From NCBI GenBank assembly GCA_050084985.1, contig JBITNC010000001.1, forward strand, positions 187,736,001 to 187,800,000: a stretch of 64,000 nucleotides of DNA, given 5' to 3'. Below the pieces are notes generated by a model, which did no database searches, was not told where the DNA came from, and saw only the letters and a list, made by a program, of their open reading frames with translations. Each line of letters begins with the position of its first letter. Within the stretch, counting starts at the first letter, position 1. Both the position numbers and the translations under genes were made by a program. Origin of the DNA: Nageia nagi (Eukaryota > Plantae > Pinophyta). Positions 1-13,495 of this stretch are shown here, piece by piece.

Positions 1-171
1 GGCTGCATGTAAGTCATCCCTTGAGACTCAAGGTAGGATAAATGAGTGACTAGATCAAGATAACATGCTATGATATAGAAAGCAAGGATGATAAGATAAG
101 ATGTAAGCATAAATGAACTAAGCTAATAAACTAAAGATAAACACACACAAATACCAATAAGATAAGGCAAA

Positions 172-3100
172 CTAAATGTAGAGTGGACAAAGATGGAGGA
201 TGTTAATAGGCTCCATTTCCTTTCGACCCTCTAGATCTACCAAATGGTAAGCACATGTGTTGAATTTATTCTTGACTATATAAGGATCCAACCATTTTGG
301 TGTGAGATTATCTTGTAAATGCCTCTCAAGATGTGACTGTTGCTGATTTTCATTAAGTATTAAGTCACCAATTTTGAACTCTCTAGGTTAGACCTTTTTA
401 TTGTATATCTACTTCAACCACTTTTGATAAACCTTATGATGATGGATGGCATTGATGCATATTTTATCCAAAAGGGTTAGCTGATCTAATCAAGCTTACC
501 TAACCTATTCATCTAGAATGAGGCCTTGTAATTGAACTCTTAGAGATGGGATTTCTAGCTCAAGAGGCATGATTACTTTGGTACCATAGACTAATGAGAA
601 AGGTTAGCTCCCATGGGCATCATTATGCTTATGCAATAAGCCCACAAAGCATAGGGAAGACATTCATTCCAATTTGTATGATTTTTATTGACCATCTTCT
701 TCAAAATTATGATAATGGTTTTGTTAGATGCTTTTACCTACTTGTTAGCCTGAGGATAATATGACATAGAGAAGGAATGCTAATTATTATAACCATTGCA
801 TAATGCCTTGACATGCTGATTCTTAAAAGGTATCCCATTTTATGTGGGATGCCAAGGTGAAAAATGATGTGGGTGTCTATAAAGTTGGAAATCTTGGGAC
901 CGATAGTAGACACAAGTGCTTTTGCCTCAACCTACTTGGTAAAGTACTCAATTATGATGATTATGAACTTATGTTCTCTTGAAGAGGGAGGTATTGATTG
1001 ACTTATGAGATCAAAACCCCATTGAGAAAAAGGCCAAAAAGATTGAATGGGGCTAATTACTTGAGCAAGAAGATGCTATAGATTAGAATGTTGCTAACAC
1101 TTAACACATTTTTTGATATATTTTTTACAATCCTTTTCCATATTTGACTAATAATATCCCACACTAAGAATGCATTTAGCAATGACCTTTCCATTGAAAT
1201 GTCCACCACATATACCATCATGACAACTATGTATAACAATCTATTGGTTGTAAAGCTCTAAACATCGAAGGAGGACACCATCATAGAACTGTTTATAGAA
1301 TACATATTTTAGTATGGCATACTAAGAGGCCTTCTACTTAAATGTTCTTTTATCATTGGCTAACAAGTTGGGTGGCATGGAATTCCACTTGAGGTACTCA
1401 TATAACTACTTGTACCATAAGTTACGATGCTTAATAGTAATCTCATTGACCAAAATTGAGGCTAAGACCTAAGGAAAGGGTGAATGAAGAGTAGACTCCT
1501 TCAAAGTCATAATCTCAACATGTTGAATGTGCCTATGAGGGTTAGGAGGGATAAGAGATCCTAGGGATGCCATAGTGTCTGTAAATTAGTTAGATGACCT
1601 AGGAGCCATCTCAATCTTGTAGGCTTTAAACAACTTTAGTAAGCTCAATGCCACATCTTTATAACTATTCAAAATATCATTATAACATTGATAAGTGCCC
1701 AAGATCTTATTAAATATCAACTAATAATCACTATAGATGAGAAACCCTTCAAATTGAAGTTCTAGGGCTACCTTAAGACCTAAGGTAAGTGCCTCATAAT
1801 CTATGTTGTTATTCATACATAAGAAATATAGCTTGAAGGTATATGGGATTGGGATGCCATGCGAAGTGAAGAACACAACTACAACCATACCCCTTGTTCA
1901 CACTTTGACCCATCAAAGTACATAGTCATGTCATAATCTTCTTGGGTGTCAACTATCTCTTCAATCTCATCGATCTTAAAAACATCCACATTAGGGAGGG
2001 TGATCTCAAGAGGGGTAGTTTCTTGAATAGGTTCCTCTGATAGTTTATTGACTATGACCTGACCCTTAATGGAATTCTAATTGATAAATATGAGGTCAAA
2101 TTATGATAATAACATGATCAATTTAGTAGTTTGCGTATTATGATACTCCTTACTCATCATGTGTTTCAATGGATTAGCCTTAGAGATTACATAGGTAGTA
2201 TGATTAAGCATGTAATATTGTAACTTCTTAGTAATAAAGATAAGGGTGAGACAAACCTTCTCAATGTAGACATATGAAAGCTCATAATAAGGAAGTGTAT
2301 GACTAAGATAACATATTGCTTGCTCCTTAGCCTGATCATTTTTCTATGCTAGCATAACTCCTAAGGTGAAGTCAGTGGTTGAAAGATATAAGGGAAAGGG
2401 GACACCATATCTAGGTGGAATGAGAACTAGAGGATTGAGAAAGTATTTCTTAGTATCATAAAAGGCCTTTTGACAACCCTTACTCCAATAAAATTTCACT
2501 CCTTTCTTAAGGATCTCATTAAATGGATGAAACTTATTGGATAGCTAATCTATAAACCATTTGATGGCTTGAATTTTTCCTTGAAGACTCCTTAAAGTAT
2601 TTATATCATGAGGTGGAGGCATACCAGTGATAGCTATAACTTTCTTAGGGTCAACATTTATGCCTCTTTTGGAAATAACAATTCCTAGTAGCTTTCCTGA
2701 TGTGATGCTAAACACACACTTCCTAGGATTCAATCTAACATTATGCTTTAGTAACCATTGGAAGACCTTCTCTAAGACTTACCAGTGCTAATCTCTTGTT
2801 ATATAGTTAGATAATATATCATCCACATAGTCCTCCATGATGTCACACATCATGTCATGGAAGACATAGTTCATGGCTCTCTGATTGGTGGCACTAGCAT
2901 TCTTAAGTCTGAAAGGCATGATCTTATAGCAATAAGTACCCTAGGGTGTCATGAAAGTAATCTTATATTAATCATCTAGGGTGACCCAAATTTGATTATA
3001 ACCTAAGAAGCCATCCATGATGCATAACATCTCATATCCTACTGTATTGTCAATAAGTGTGTCTATGTTAGGTAGTGAAAAGTTATCTTTCAGATAGGCT

Positions 3101-5710
3101 ACATTAAGATCTTAAGGATCATTTTTCTATGCTAACATAACTCCTAAGGTGAAGTCAGTGGTTGAAAGATATAAGGGAAAGGGGACATCATATCTAGGTG
3201 GAATGAGAACTAGAGGATTGAGAAAGTATTTCTTAGTATCATAAAAGGCCTTTTGACAACCCTTACTCCAATAAAATTTCACTCCTTTCTTAAGGATCTC
3301 ATTAAATGGATGAAACTTATTGGATAGCTAAGCTATAAACCATTTGATGGCTTGAATTTTTCCTTGAAGACTCTTTAAAGTATTTATATCATGAGGTGGA
3401 GGCATACCAGTGATAGCTATAACTTTCTTAGGGTCAACATTTATGCCTCTTTTGGAAACAACAATTCCTAGTAGCTTTCCTGATGTGATGCTAAGCACAC
3501 ACTTCCTAGGATTCAATCTAACATTATGCTTTAGTAACCATTGGAAGACCTTCTCTAAGACTTACCAGTGCTGATATCTTGTTCTATAGTTAGATAATAT
3601 ATCATCCACATAGTCCTCCATGATGTCACACATCATGTCATGGAAGACATAGTTCATGGCTCTCTGATTGGTGGCACTAGCATTCTTAAGTCTAAAAGGC
3701 ATGATCTTATAGCAATAAGTACCCTAGGGTGTCATGAAAGTAATCTTATATTAATCATCTAGGGTGGCCCAAATTTGATTATAACCTAAGAAGCCATCCA
3801 TGATGGATAACATCTCATATCCTATTGTATTATCAATAAGTGTGTCTATGTTAGGTAGTGAAAAGTTATCTTTCGGATAGGCTACATTAAGATCTTTAAA
3901 ATTTGTACAAACTCTATGATGCCCTTTAGGTTTTTAAATAAGGACCATGTTAGAGACCCATTGGGGATATTTGATGGAATGAATGAACTTGGCCTCTAAT
4001 AATTTCTAAATTTCTTCCTTAATCTGAATTGAATTTGTAAGATCAAACCTCCTAGCTTTTTGTTTAAGAGGCTTCGTATCTGGCTGAATAATGATATTAT
4101 AGAATACAATATTGGGATCCATACTTGACATGTCATTATAACTATAAGCAAATACCTTGACATATTTATTCAATAGTTCATGCCATTTTCTCTTTTTGAC
4201 TCATATAAGATGTCCCCCAAGTAGACCATCTTAGTGTTCGTATGATCATAACTAATGTTGATCTCAACTGGCTTTTTGATGTGCATGTGGGACCCATTTT
4301 CTAACTATTTAAAAATGGGAATATATGCATAATCATCCTCATCCAAATTATTGATGAAAGAAGTCAAATTAAATGAGTTAGCTTCATCAAAGTAATAAAA
4401 AGAAAAAGAGACATCATGCAAACTAAAAGATAGACCCAAAAAGGAAAAGAGAGATTTGCAGATAAAGAACTAATAGAATTGTATAAGGAGAAATATAAAA
4501 TAGGAAGAAAAGGAGATAGAACATAAAAAAAAAACCATTGAAACATCAAGGGAAGGACTAATTGAAGGTTCATGAAAGAAATTTTCTAGGATGGAACATT
4601 TTGAAGTGTGAGGACTAGATGGACCAAAACATAACTGGATGTCACACTCATCATCATGTGCCATCTTCCCTACTGTAAGATTAAGCTCAACAAACTATTC
4701 TTCTAGAGGTTTAAGTTTAGGTCCATAAAACCCTATATCATACTTATCTTGATCAAATTGAAATGAAACCAAAAAAGCATGAATCAATCCCTGCTCGTAT
4801 TTGCTAGGCCGTACCCTTTCTATTTCCATTTGGCAAAGAGTTTATGCACCAATTTAGGACATGATAGATATTATATTCTAACATAAAATTTCTCCTTAAA
4901 ACTATGCTTAAGAATAATATCCTAGGGTGAATCCACACTTGCATAAATAGAAAAGGATAGATTTGGGTGCGAGCCTAGTGGGATGAGAGAGCTAGGAATT
5001 GATTGGGTGGAGGGAAATGATTATATGTTGGTTGGTCACTTCCAAGGATGGGCACAGACTTGATTTTATGACTAGAATAAGGTCATGTAGAATCCTTGGG
5101 TAACTTACCCTTACAGCATATAAAGGGATTCATGCCTAAGGGAGATGAAGAGGATGGTTGTGAGGATGAATTAGACTAGACATAAGTCAAAGTAGAAGAA
5201 GAAGGTTCTTGTAAATGAGATGAAATCAAATTAGGATGATCATTCATGAGAATGGTAATAGGAAAAATATGTCCAAATGGCATCTAAGGGGACTTAGGAG
5301 AAAAATTTGAGTAGCAATGATTGAAGGCATTTGGGTCACCTATAATATAATGGACCATTCTATTATGTAGATACCTTATACACTAGTTCAAATTCAATGA
5401 AACTACCTCCATATCTTCTATCCATGGGAACCTAAAAGTAAATTATACTACATTTTGCCATCAATCACATGACATGCCATTGCAATCTCTCTAACTCTAA
5501 CCTTCATTGGAAGGATAATTATGCCCATTATTATTTCCAGAGTATTGTTAAAAGCCTTAATTGTAAGTGTGGGAGCATTCAATAATTTGATAGGTACCTT
5601 TAATCACTCAAGTGCCATGGATGATATGACACTAATAGCTAACCCATTATCTAATAACACTCTTTTTGATGAATGAGAATCCATAAAGGCAATAATATAC
5701 ATAGTATGAT
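172..5710 (-). pseudogene. pol pseudogene of element A (PR, G-patch, RT, RH, aRH, INT)
   Basis: ORF-track fragments NPRKCVFSITSGKLLGIV...VDPKKV (RT), YVDD, the aRH YFDG motif, and an integrase C-terminus with stop at ~172-174. Confidence 0.9.
2334..3896. repeat. 783-bp tandem duplication of RT/RH-linker sequence (copies 2334-3113 and 3117-3896)
   Basis: Near-identical text offset by exactly 783 bp (ORFs 2545..2733 and 3328..3516). About 15 substitutions by eye. Junction reads AAGATCTTAAGGATC. Confidence 0.97.
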
Positions 5711-6259
5711 GCCTTGGCTTATCAGGATGAAAATGCTGAATTTCATCTTGAAAGAAGGTGATGCCTTGCCTAGTGGCACTCTAAACAACCCCTATAAAGT
5801 CTCCATAAGAATTAGGGTTGTTACTATCTAACTCAATAACCTTTAATATATTATTCAAAGAATTCCTATATTCATTTAACTATTGCAATAAGTCCCATAA
5901 GGAAAGTTTTATCTATGTGGTCTAAAGATATTTTTCCAATTGAGTTTGAATTATCATAGGGGATCTAGGAGGCTATTTTTTAATCTATACTCAAGGTTGA
6001 GGTAACAACTATTGGATTCCAACATCCCTAGGTGGAGGAGGAGGTTCTCTATCATTACCTTAGCCTATTCTAGTGGCAACCCCAATCATATTACTATCAT
6101 GGACCTCTACAATATGGTATGCCAGAGGTGGGTCCATGACACCCATAAACCCAAAGTATTGGGTTATATCAATACCTCTTCGTCAATGTATATAAGTGAA
6201 TCCCATGAACTCATTATTCTATATCAGATTATAGTCATGTATAACCTGCTATGTTGGCT

Positions 6260-8795
6260 CTAATGAAATCTAATTTACATTATTATTGTGTGTAGGAAAG
6301 GGGTCCAAAAATACACCCAAGTTTTGATTAGGTTGAGCGATCGAGTTTCTTTTTGACACTTTCCCATTTTCTATTAGCATCTAGATGGTGTTCCTTAACT
6401 AATTACATTTTTTTCATGTACTTTTTTATGTGATAAGCACAATATTCATTTTCCTTATACCATGTAGGTTTCTCCACATTTGGATCTTTAGGTATCAGTT
6501 CATGGAGATTGATCAATTACACATTTAAGAGTTTCTTGAAAACTTCCTCAACAAATTTGACCAAAGGTGTCCAAGTTTTGTGTGGTATTAGATATCATGG
6601 TTTCCTAGGGTTGTAAGTCTCTTATTGATTATTTTGTTCATTATTTTGCCTGAGCTTATGGTTGTGGATATGGATTTTCCCTATGTGGTCATGGAGGACC
6701 CAACTGAACCACCAGTTGCATTTGTGAGACTTCATGAGATACTTGATTACTTTGTAAATTTTTATATGGAGTACTAGGGTTATTTCCATTATTGAAGTAC
6801 TTTAAATTATTGTTCTCTTTCTTTCTCAGTTTGATTTCTTCATCTTGAATCTAATCCTCTTCTATTAACTTGGCTTGAGCTAATACCTTCTTCAAGTTGC
6901 GATGCTATTGAATTATGGGGATAGAAGAGATATGTTTATTATAGCTCCTAGAGAATAATTTGACCAATTCTTCTTATGGAAAAGTATAGGGCATGTATGT
7001 GATAATGACTCTCCACCTGCATACATAATTTGAAATGGATTCATCCTCAAACTATGAAAGTTTTACCAAATTTATAATGGATGCTTATTTATGTATGTTG
7101 ATGGTGAAATGATCTAAGAACTTATTAGCAAATTATTCAAAGGAATAAATGCTATGCTATAGGGGATTGTTATACCAATCCAAAGCATAGCTCACTAGTT
7201 TCATGTGGAAGGTCCTAAGCATGAGTACATCATCATTACTAATATGTGATACGAGTACTTAAACTATCTAAGATGCTCCTTAGGATCTTCCTTTCCTTTG
7301 AACTTATCTACTTTAGGTATATCAAATTTATAAGGAAAGATTTTTGTTCATACACTTGGGTGAATAGGCTCAATACAAATCAAAGTGTATGATAAATTGA
7401 TCTTTCCATGCTCACTAACATTTAGCTCCATGTCCTCCAACCTCTTTATGATCTCATCATTGATTATGAGAGGTTGGGTATTAACTATAGCTTGCTATTT
7501 TAGAACTATAACGATGGGCTTGTCATCATACTAGTCATACTGGTCATGCTACTCATCATAATATGGATCTAGATCCTATTTTTATGATTGTTCATAACTA
7601 GACTAGGCTATGTATCAAATGTTACCTTTGGTATAAGGTTTGGAGGATTTCAACCCAAAACCCCTCTAGTAGTTGGATGCTGCAACTCATGATAACCAAG
7701 AAATTGAGTGGGATGATTCAAAGAGGCTTGGGCTTGATGAGAAAATTCATCATACCAAGGATCAAAGTGGGTAATGAGGGATATAATATGGGCATACATG
7801 TGATGAGGATGTATAGCCTGATGTGTGTATGTCTATTGGAATGATGCCACCACATGAGAAGAAGATGAATAATATGTCTATGGTGGTATATTGATCGAGT
7901 ATGAGGAAGGACCATGTGCTATATGAACTCTAGGTTGACTGATTGGCTATGGATAAGAGACATGAATACGAGGTATGCTAGGATGAGAACTACCTCTGGA
8001 TCATACACAAGATGAGACACAAGCTAATAGTTAGGTTGGTCTATAATATGGGTATCAACATAATAATACCCAACCAAATTGTTAGGGGGAGGTAGAGGAG
8101 TTCCATGATATGCAAGAACATGAGGTTTGGTACTAACAAGATGCAAATATGGAGACTTAAATAGTCCACCTAGAGGTGGATGTGAAGGACCATGAGAAGG
8201 CTAAAATATGAAGGGTATAGGGCATGAAAGGGTTGATCATGTGATGCATTAATATATGGGGATGAATTAGGGTTTAATAATGGATCCTCATGATATGACA
8301 CTTAGGGGGACTCATTAATGATATATAATACAATAAGATGAAGAGGACATGACCTAGCAATGAGGATAAATAGGCATCCTCTAAATGACCATCTGATGTC
8401 TCTCCATCATATGGATGAATATTAGGTTGAGGGATGTTGATAACATTAGGTGGATAAGGTGAAGGATCCCTATAGGATACATCTAAAGGGTGACCCTAAG
8501 CCTCTTGAAACTATCTATATAAAGGATGAATCATAAGATCACTAAGAAACATCTCACAGGGAGGTAGTTGTGGCTCATAAAAATGGACATGAAGTTGGAT
8601 AGAACTAGGTCATGATCTAGACACATAATGATCTAAATCATGCTATGATACATTGTAAGGATCATATTAAGGGGGATCTACCTGATGGTGGGTGTAAGAT
8701 CTCTCTACATAAAGATAGGCTATCCCTATGGGACATCACATGATCGTGTCCCTCCTACTAAGGGATTTCCTTGAGGAAATGAAACCTTGCTAACA
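6260..8795 (-). pseudogene. gag pseudogene of element A with Pro/His-rich N-terminal extension
   Basis: Minus-strand FDIPKVDKFKGKEDPKEHL-type retrotransposon gag motif (~7270-7330) and zinc-knuckle remnant (~6400-6450). Homologous to the element B region 54030-56460. Confidence 0.7.
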
Positions 8796-10541
8796 TTTGA
8801 CAAAATGAAAGGTGGGATGATGTCAAAATGGGCTCATGTGTAAGTGAATGGTGGGGTGTGTGTGACTTACTACAAGAAACTTATGAAGAGGGAAGAGGAT
8901 GTGATTGGTTTACTTGGTTAGCTCATTCCTCTTCCTCCAACTCTCTAGCCCTAGTCTGAGCTCTAGTCTTAGCCATGTGAACATGCTAGGGATTTTCATC
9001 CCTAGAAGGTGGATGCAACAAGATGAAAAGGGTGGAATAACAAGATGTCAAAGGTGGAATTATATAGATAAAATAAGAATTATGAGCAAACTCAAGACAT
9101 ACTATGAAATGAAATAATTCTTAAAGCAATAAATCACCAAGTAAAGGGCCTAGTATTTTGTTTAAATATCTTGTTTAATGTAAATGCACTTAACACTAAA
9201 CAATCTATATGATCACTTCAAAGATAAACTAAATTATAAAAAGTAGTAGTGATAGATAGAAATGGTGTTTATCCTATTTAGTCACTTCTTATTCAATTTG
9301 AAGTATTATCTTTTTAGTGAATAAATTTTAAATGCAATTGTAAATTCTAATTCTTTTTAGTTTTCCTAGAGATGTATCTAGTTAGGCATTTTTGGGTAAA
9401 ACTCAATCTCTAGGGGGGTGAATCATTTTACAAGGGTTTCTCAAGTACTCCTATCCATACTCCTCATGAACAGGGGGGGCTCCCACCTTGGTGATTAACT
9501 CCAAGTATGGGTTTAGGCTTATGATGAACTTTTAGTACAATAAGAAAATATGATATACAATCCTAGGATGACAATGCAATGTAATTACACCTCTCAAATA
9601 CTTGCTTTTCAAAATGAATTTAAAGACACTCCCACCTAAGGGATGCTAAAATAATAAAAGCTTCCTTTTCCTTTTCAAATAAAAGATAATGCAAAGATAG
9701 CAATTCTTTTGAATGCAACAAACAATCAGCAAAGAAGACCCAAAATAGAAAGGGAACCCTTGTTCAAGATGTAAATTTTAAGCAACAAATGAGATTTTCA
9801 AGTGTATTCACCACTCCTCCCAAAATGCAATGCAAATTTTACTAAAGAGAAGTGACAATACTATATGCAAAGAGCAACCAAACTGTATTGACCAAGTATA
9901 AAAATAAATTCAAAGACTAAATTGATCCAAGAATGTTCATTCCCACTCCTTGCTAGCTAGTTGAATAAAAATTACAACACTCTACCACATGATCATCCAC
10001 TACAAAAATGACTATGGTAAATAGTACCAATCATCCAACTAATCAGTAGTCATTTGGATGACCATAGGTGCACTTAGAGTAAAAATTAAATATTAAAGTA
10101 AATGAATAAAAAGCCTATGATAAGGGAAATTGACATATCTTATGAAAAGGAAACCCAAAATTGTATAGATAAACTTGATAGTGGACTACTATCCCTACTA
10201 CAGAGTTGATCTAAGTGTAAGAAAATGCCAAAATAGTAATAACACTAGATTTATAGTCAAAATCATCTAGCTATATGTTGACCATAAAAATCATCTAGAT
10301 GAGGGTGATTTATAGTCAAGATCAATAAGTTGAAGGATGAATTATTTTCTATTTATAGTGTACCTTTAAGGTTTTCAAAGTTATTTCTATCCATGCCTAA
10401 TAAGGTACCCTACAAGCTACAACAAAAATTAATGATAGAGTCTCTTTGGATTGCAAGAAATGTCCAAAAATTTCAAACCACCAAAAATAAGGTAAAGGCT
10501 TAAATAATCCTCTTATGTATTAGGGTTTTAGGACTATGAGG

Positions 10542-10559
10542 ATCCCACTATGATATCCA
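10542..10559 (-). promoter_or_regulatory. Primer binding site of element A (decayed, tRNA-Arg-like)
   Basis: Minus strand TGGATATCATAGTGGGAT lies just inside the LTR end (...TTCACA). Same position and similar sequence as the element B PBS. Confidence 0.6.
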
Positions 10560-10561
10560 TT

Positions 10562-11753
10562 TGTGAATGGTTCAAAACCCTAGCATCTGAATCACTCAAA
10601 CCATCTATGAGCACTCAAAGAATATTGAATCATTCAAATTTAATTTTCCTATGATGTAGCTTGAAAAGAATGATAAGAGATGATTTAAAAATATCCTTTA
10701 TGCTTCAATGATGCAATATGATGTTCATATATAAAAGTAAAATAATAAAAATTACTGGAGACCTCAAATCACAAGTCATTTGGACCTTGTGATTGTCCAA
10801 TTGAGGTGAAACCCCAACTCCAAGAGGTATTAGGTTCCCTAATCCATAATCAAATGGATGCTAGAAAAGATCACAATGCCTAAAGTGCAATAATGATTTA
10901 GACTCATAAATACAATGGAAAAATGCTTAAATAATGACAATTGACAATGATAGTTGATAATGCCATGATAAATATTAGACAAAGATAATGTATGCTCAAA
11001 GATCTAGCCAAATGAAAAAGTATGATAATAATGGCAATGAATTTGAAACTACGAACAATAGATCTTAGGCCTATAATGCAAGAGACACAATAAAGAATCT
11101 TTAAGTCCTAGGTTTTGGACCTTACAAGTCAAACCTTAACCTAAAACCCTAGGATGAATCAACTTAAATAATGCCTATATGACAAGCACAAATGCAAAGC
11201 CATAATTAAATGAAGGATACAAGTCTTCAATTAACAATGCTTGGAGCTTCAAATCTACAATTAACCATAAAATCAACCATTAATAACCTAATAAAATATC
11301 AAATAACCAAAATGTACTTTAATCCATATTTCATGGAGGAGTGTACCCAAGGTGTGAAGATAAGAACTCAAGATGTGATGTATCCTTTTCAATGATATCA
11401 CAAAACCTTGGTATTAGCATAGGAAAGTGCAAAGGTCATAGAGTCCATGCAAGAGCATGTCAGAATGTGAAAGAAGAGGCTTGAAATGTGAGCCCACTAG
11501 CTTTTATAATACTCATTTAGAATCATTTGAATGATTATGATGCCTACAAAATCATCTGGGAGACTAGTAAGTCATCTAATCGATAAGGAACAAATGTGTT
11601 AGAACAATTTAAGGTTTGAAACCAAGTCAATAAATCGAATCAAAGAACCTACAAACACATGTTAGTCCAACATGATAGTAGAATACATGATAAATGTCAA
11701 AATATAAATGTAATCTTGTAAATGAAATAAAATACATTTTTAGGGTGTTTACA
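10562..11753 (-). repeat. 5' LTR of element A (~1.19 kb)
   Basis: Minus strand starts TGTAAACACCCTAAAA and ends TTCACA. Same terminus and internal blocks as the LTRs at 33281-34461 and 58063-59177. Confidence 0.85.
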
Positions 11754-13495
11754 AAATCCATCTCAAAAGATATACTAAAGTAATAAAATCCTATAATACA
11801 AGAGGAAGAGGATCTAGATAAAAGGAGAAGACTCATTGGAGGTAAATATTGATAGTCTATTAACTATAATAAGGTGTTAAGAATGTAAAGTTTTTTCTCT
11901 AGTTTGCTACATGATAGAGCCATCATAATAGAATTTATGCCTTTACCACTTCAAATGGAATTAGGGAAACCACTACTCATGGTATGCAAAAAGTAGCTAA
12001 TTAATATTTCATGAATTTGTTTAATGTAGACCCACATTTATCAACATAATCTCAAGAGGAAATCCTATGAAGTATACCTAGATTAGTTTCTCATAAGAAA
12101 AATAAGGAATTTATAAGAGAGATCAAAGAGGGGGTGAAGGACACAATGTTCTCCATGTAGAAAAAGAAGGCTTTAGGACCAAATGGATTTCCATTATATT
12201 TCTAGAGAGCCTATTAGGACATTATAATAAAGGATGGGACCAAAATAATGGAAGAGGCCAAAACCAATGGGAGAATCATTAAATACCTCAACCACATTTT
12301 TTGGTATTGGTACCAAAAGAAAGAGAGATGGAGGACCTAATCAACTATAGAATAATAGCTTTGTGCAATGTGATCTATAATATCATAACCAAGGTGATGA
12401 CTAATAGGCTAAAAAATGTATTACCAAGATTTGTTTCCCATAGAAAAGGGGGATTTGTGCAAGGTAGCTAAATTCTATATTTAATTATAGTAGTAAAATA
12501 AGCCATACATCAATTAGAAAAATAAATAAATAAAGGAATATTGTTGAAGTTCGAGTTATGCAATTCTTATCATAGGATAAGTTGGCATTTTATAGAACAA
12601 ATGCTACAAATATTTAGTTTTAATGAAAAATGGATAAGATAGGTATTATAATGCATATTTATAGTTTCTTTTTTAGTTATTATAAATGGAATTCTACCCC
12701 CTTTATTCAAATATTCTAGAGGAATGAATAATAATAATCCCTTTCCCCTTATTTATTCATTATTTTTGTATAAGGACAAAGAAGATTTATACAAAATAAA
12801 AAAGCAAAGAACACTATTACAAGAGTATAGATAAATAGGGATATAACACTCACCCATGTCCAATTTGTAGATGATACATGCATGTGGAGAAAAATAATAA
12901 TACAAGAAGAAACTAATATTAGAGGAATTTTTTTATTTTTATACTATGGCTATAGAACAATTGCTAAATGAATAAAAGTCCAAAGTTGTGTTCTTAAATG
13001 TGCCTAAAATAATCAAAGATTAGATAATGCATATCCTAATGTTCTCAATGGAATCCTTACCCTTACATTATCTATGTATCCCCTTAATAGAGAAAAGCCT
13101 AAAAAAATAGGATTGGAAATCAATAAAATATAAAATTTATTTAAATCTCTCACTTTGGACTTATAAGTGGCTAAGCTTTGGAGGAAGAGTCAAACTTTTG
13201 AAATTAGTACTACAAGCAATGATAATATACAATTTCTCCATTTAGCAGCCCTTAAGAGAATCCTTAAAGATCTAGATAAACTAATAAGGAGATTTTTATG
13301 ATCAAAAGCATAAGAAGTTAAAAAAGGGCATTAGTAATCTTAGACAAGGTGTGTCAATTTAAGGAAGTAGGAGGATTAGATAGAGCAACTATAACAAATA
13401 ACCAAGCATTAATTGGGAAATAATACTAGAGATGTATTACAAGTCAAGATCAACTATGGAGTTGAGCACTAAGATCTAAATATCATCCTTCACAC
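11754..13495 (+). mobile_element. L1-type LINE ORF2 reverse transcriptase remnant
   Basis: Plus-strand GPNGFP (~12177), YRIIALCNVIYNIITKVMTNRLK (~12345-12415), QFVDDT (~12861), and WLSFGGRVKLLKLVLQA and LWS*ALRSKY downstream. Many stops. Confidence 0.9.

Larger units (their letters stand above)
1..11753 (-). mobile_element. Degenerate Tat/Ogre-lineage Ty3/gypsy LTR retrotransposon (element A); 3' end lies left of the window
   Basis: Minus-strand motifs in the order gag CCHC-like (EYCAYH, ~6430), protease KRVLLDNG (~5650), G-patch (~4800), RT MEDYVDDI (~2825 and ~3610), RNase H, archaeal-type RNase H MYFDGS...YEALTLGL (1780-1925), integrase ending PKWLDPY...EPINILHL (172-300). 5' LTR and PBS at 10542-11753. 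Many stops and frameshifts. Confidence 0.93.

Noticed and set aside
4370-4560. Possible Ogre-like intron between PR and RT (U-rich on the minus strand)
   Set aside because: The homologous region in element B (51859-52152) is open and shares in-frame residues (DEA..NL.SFIN). There is no conserved acceptor, so an intron is not supported.
10562-11753. Pairing this LTR with 33281-34461 as one element
   Set aside because: PBS/PPT orientation and TSDs show they belong to different elements; 33281-34461 pairs with 58063-59177.
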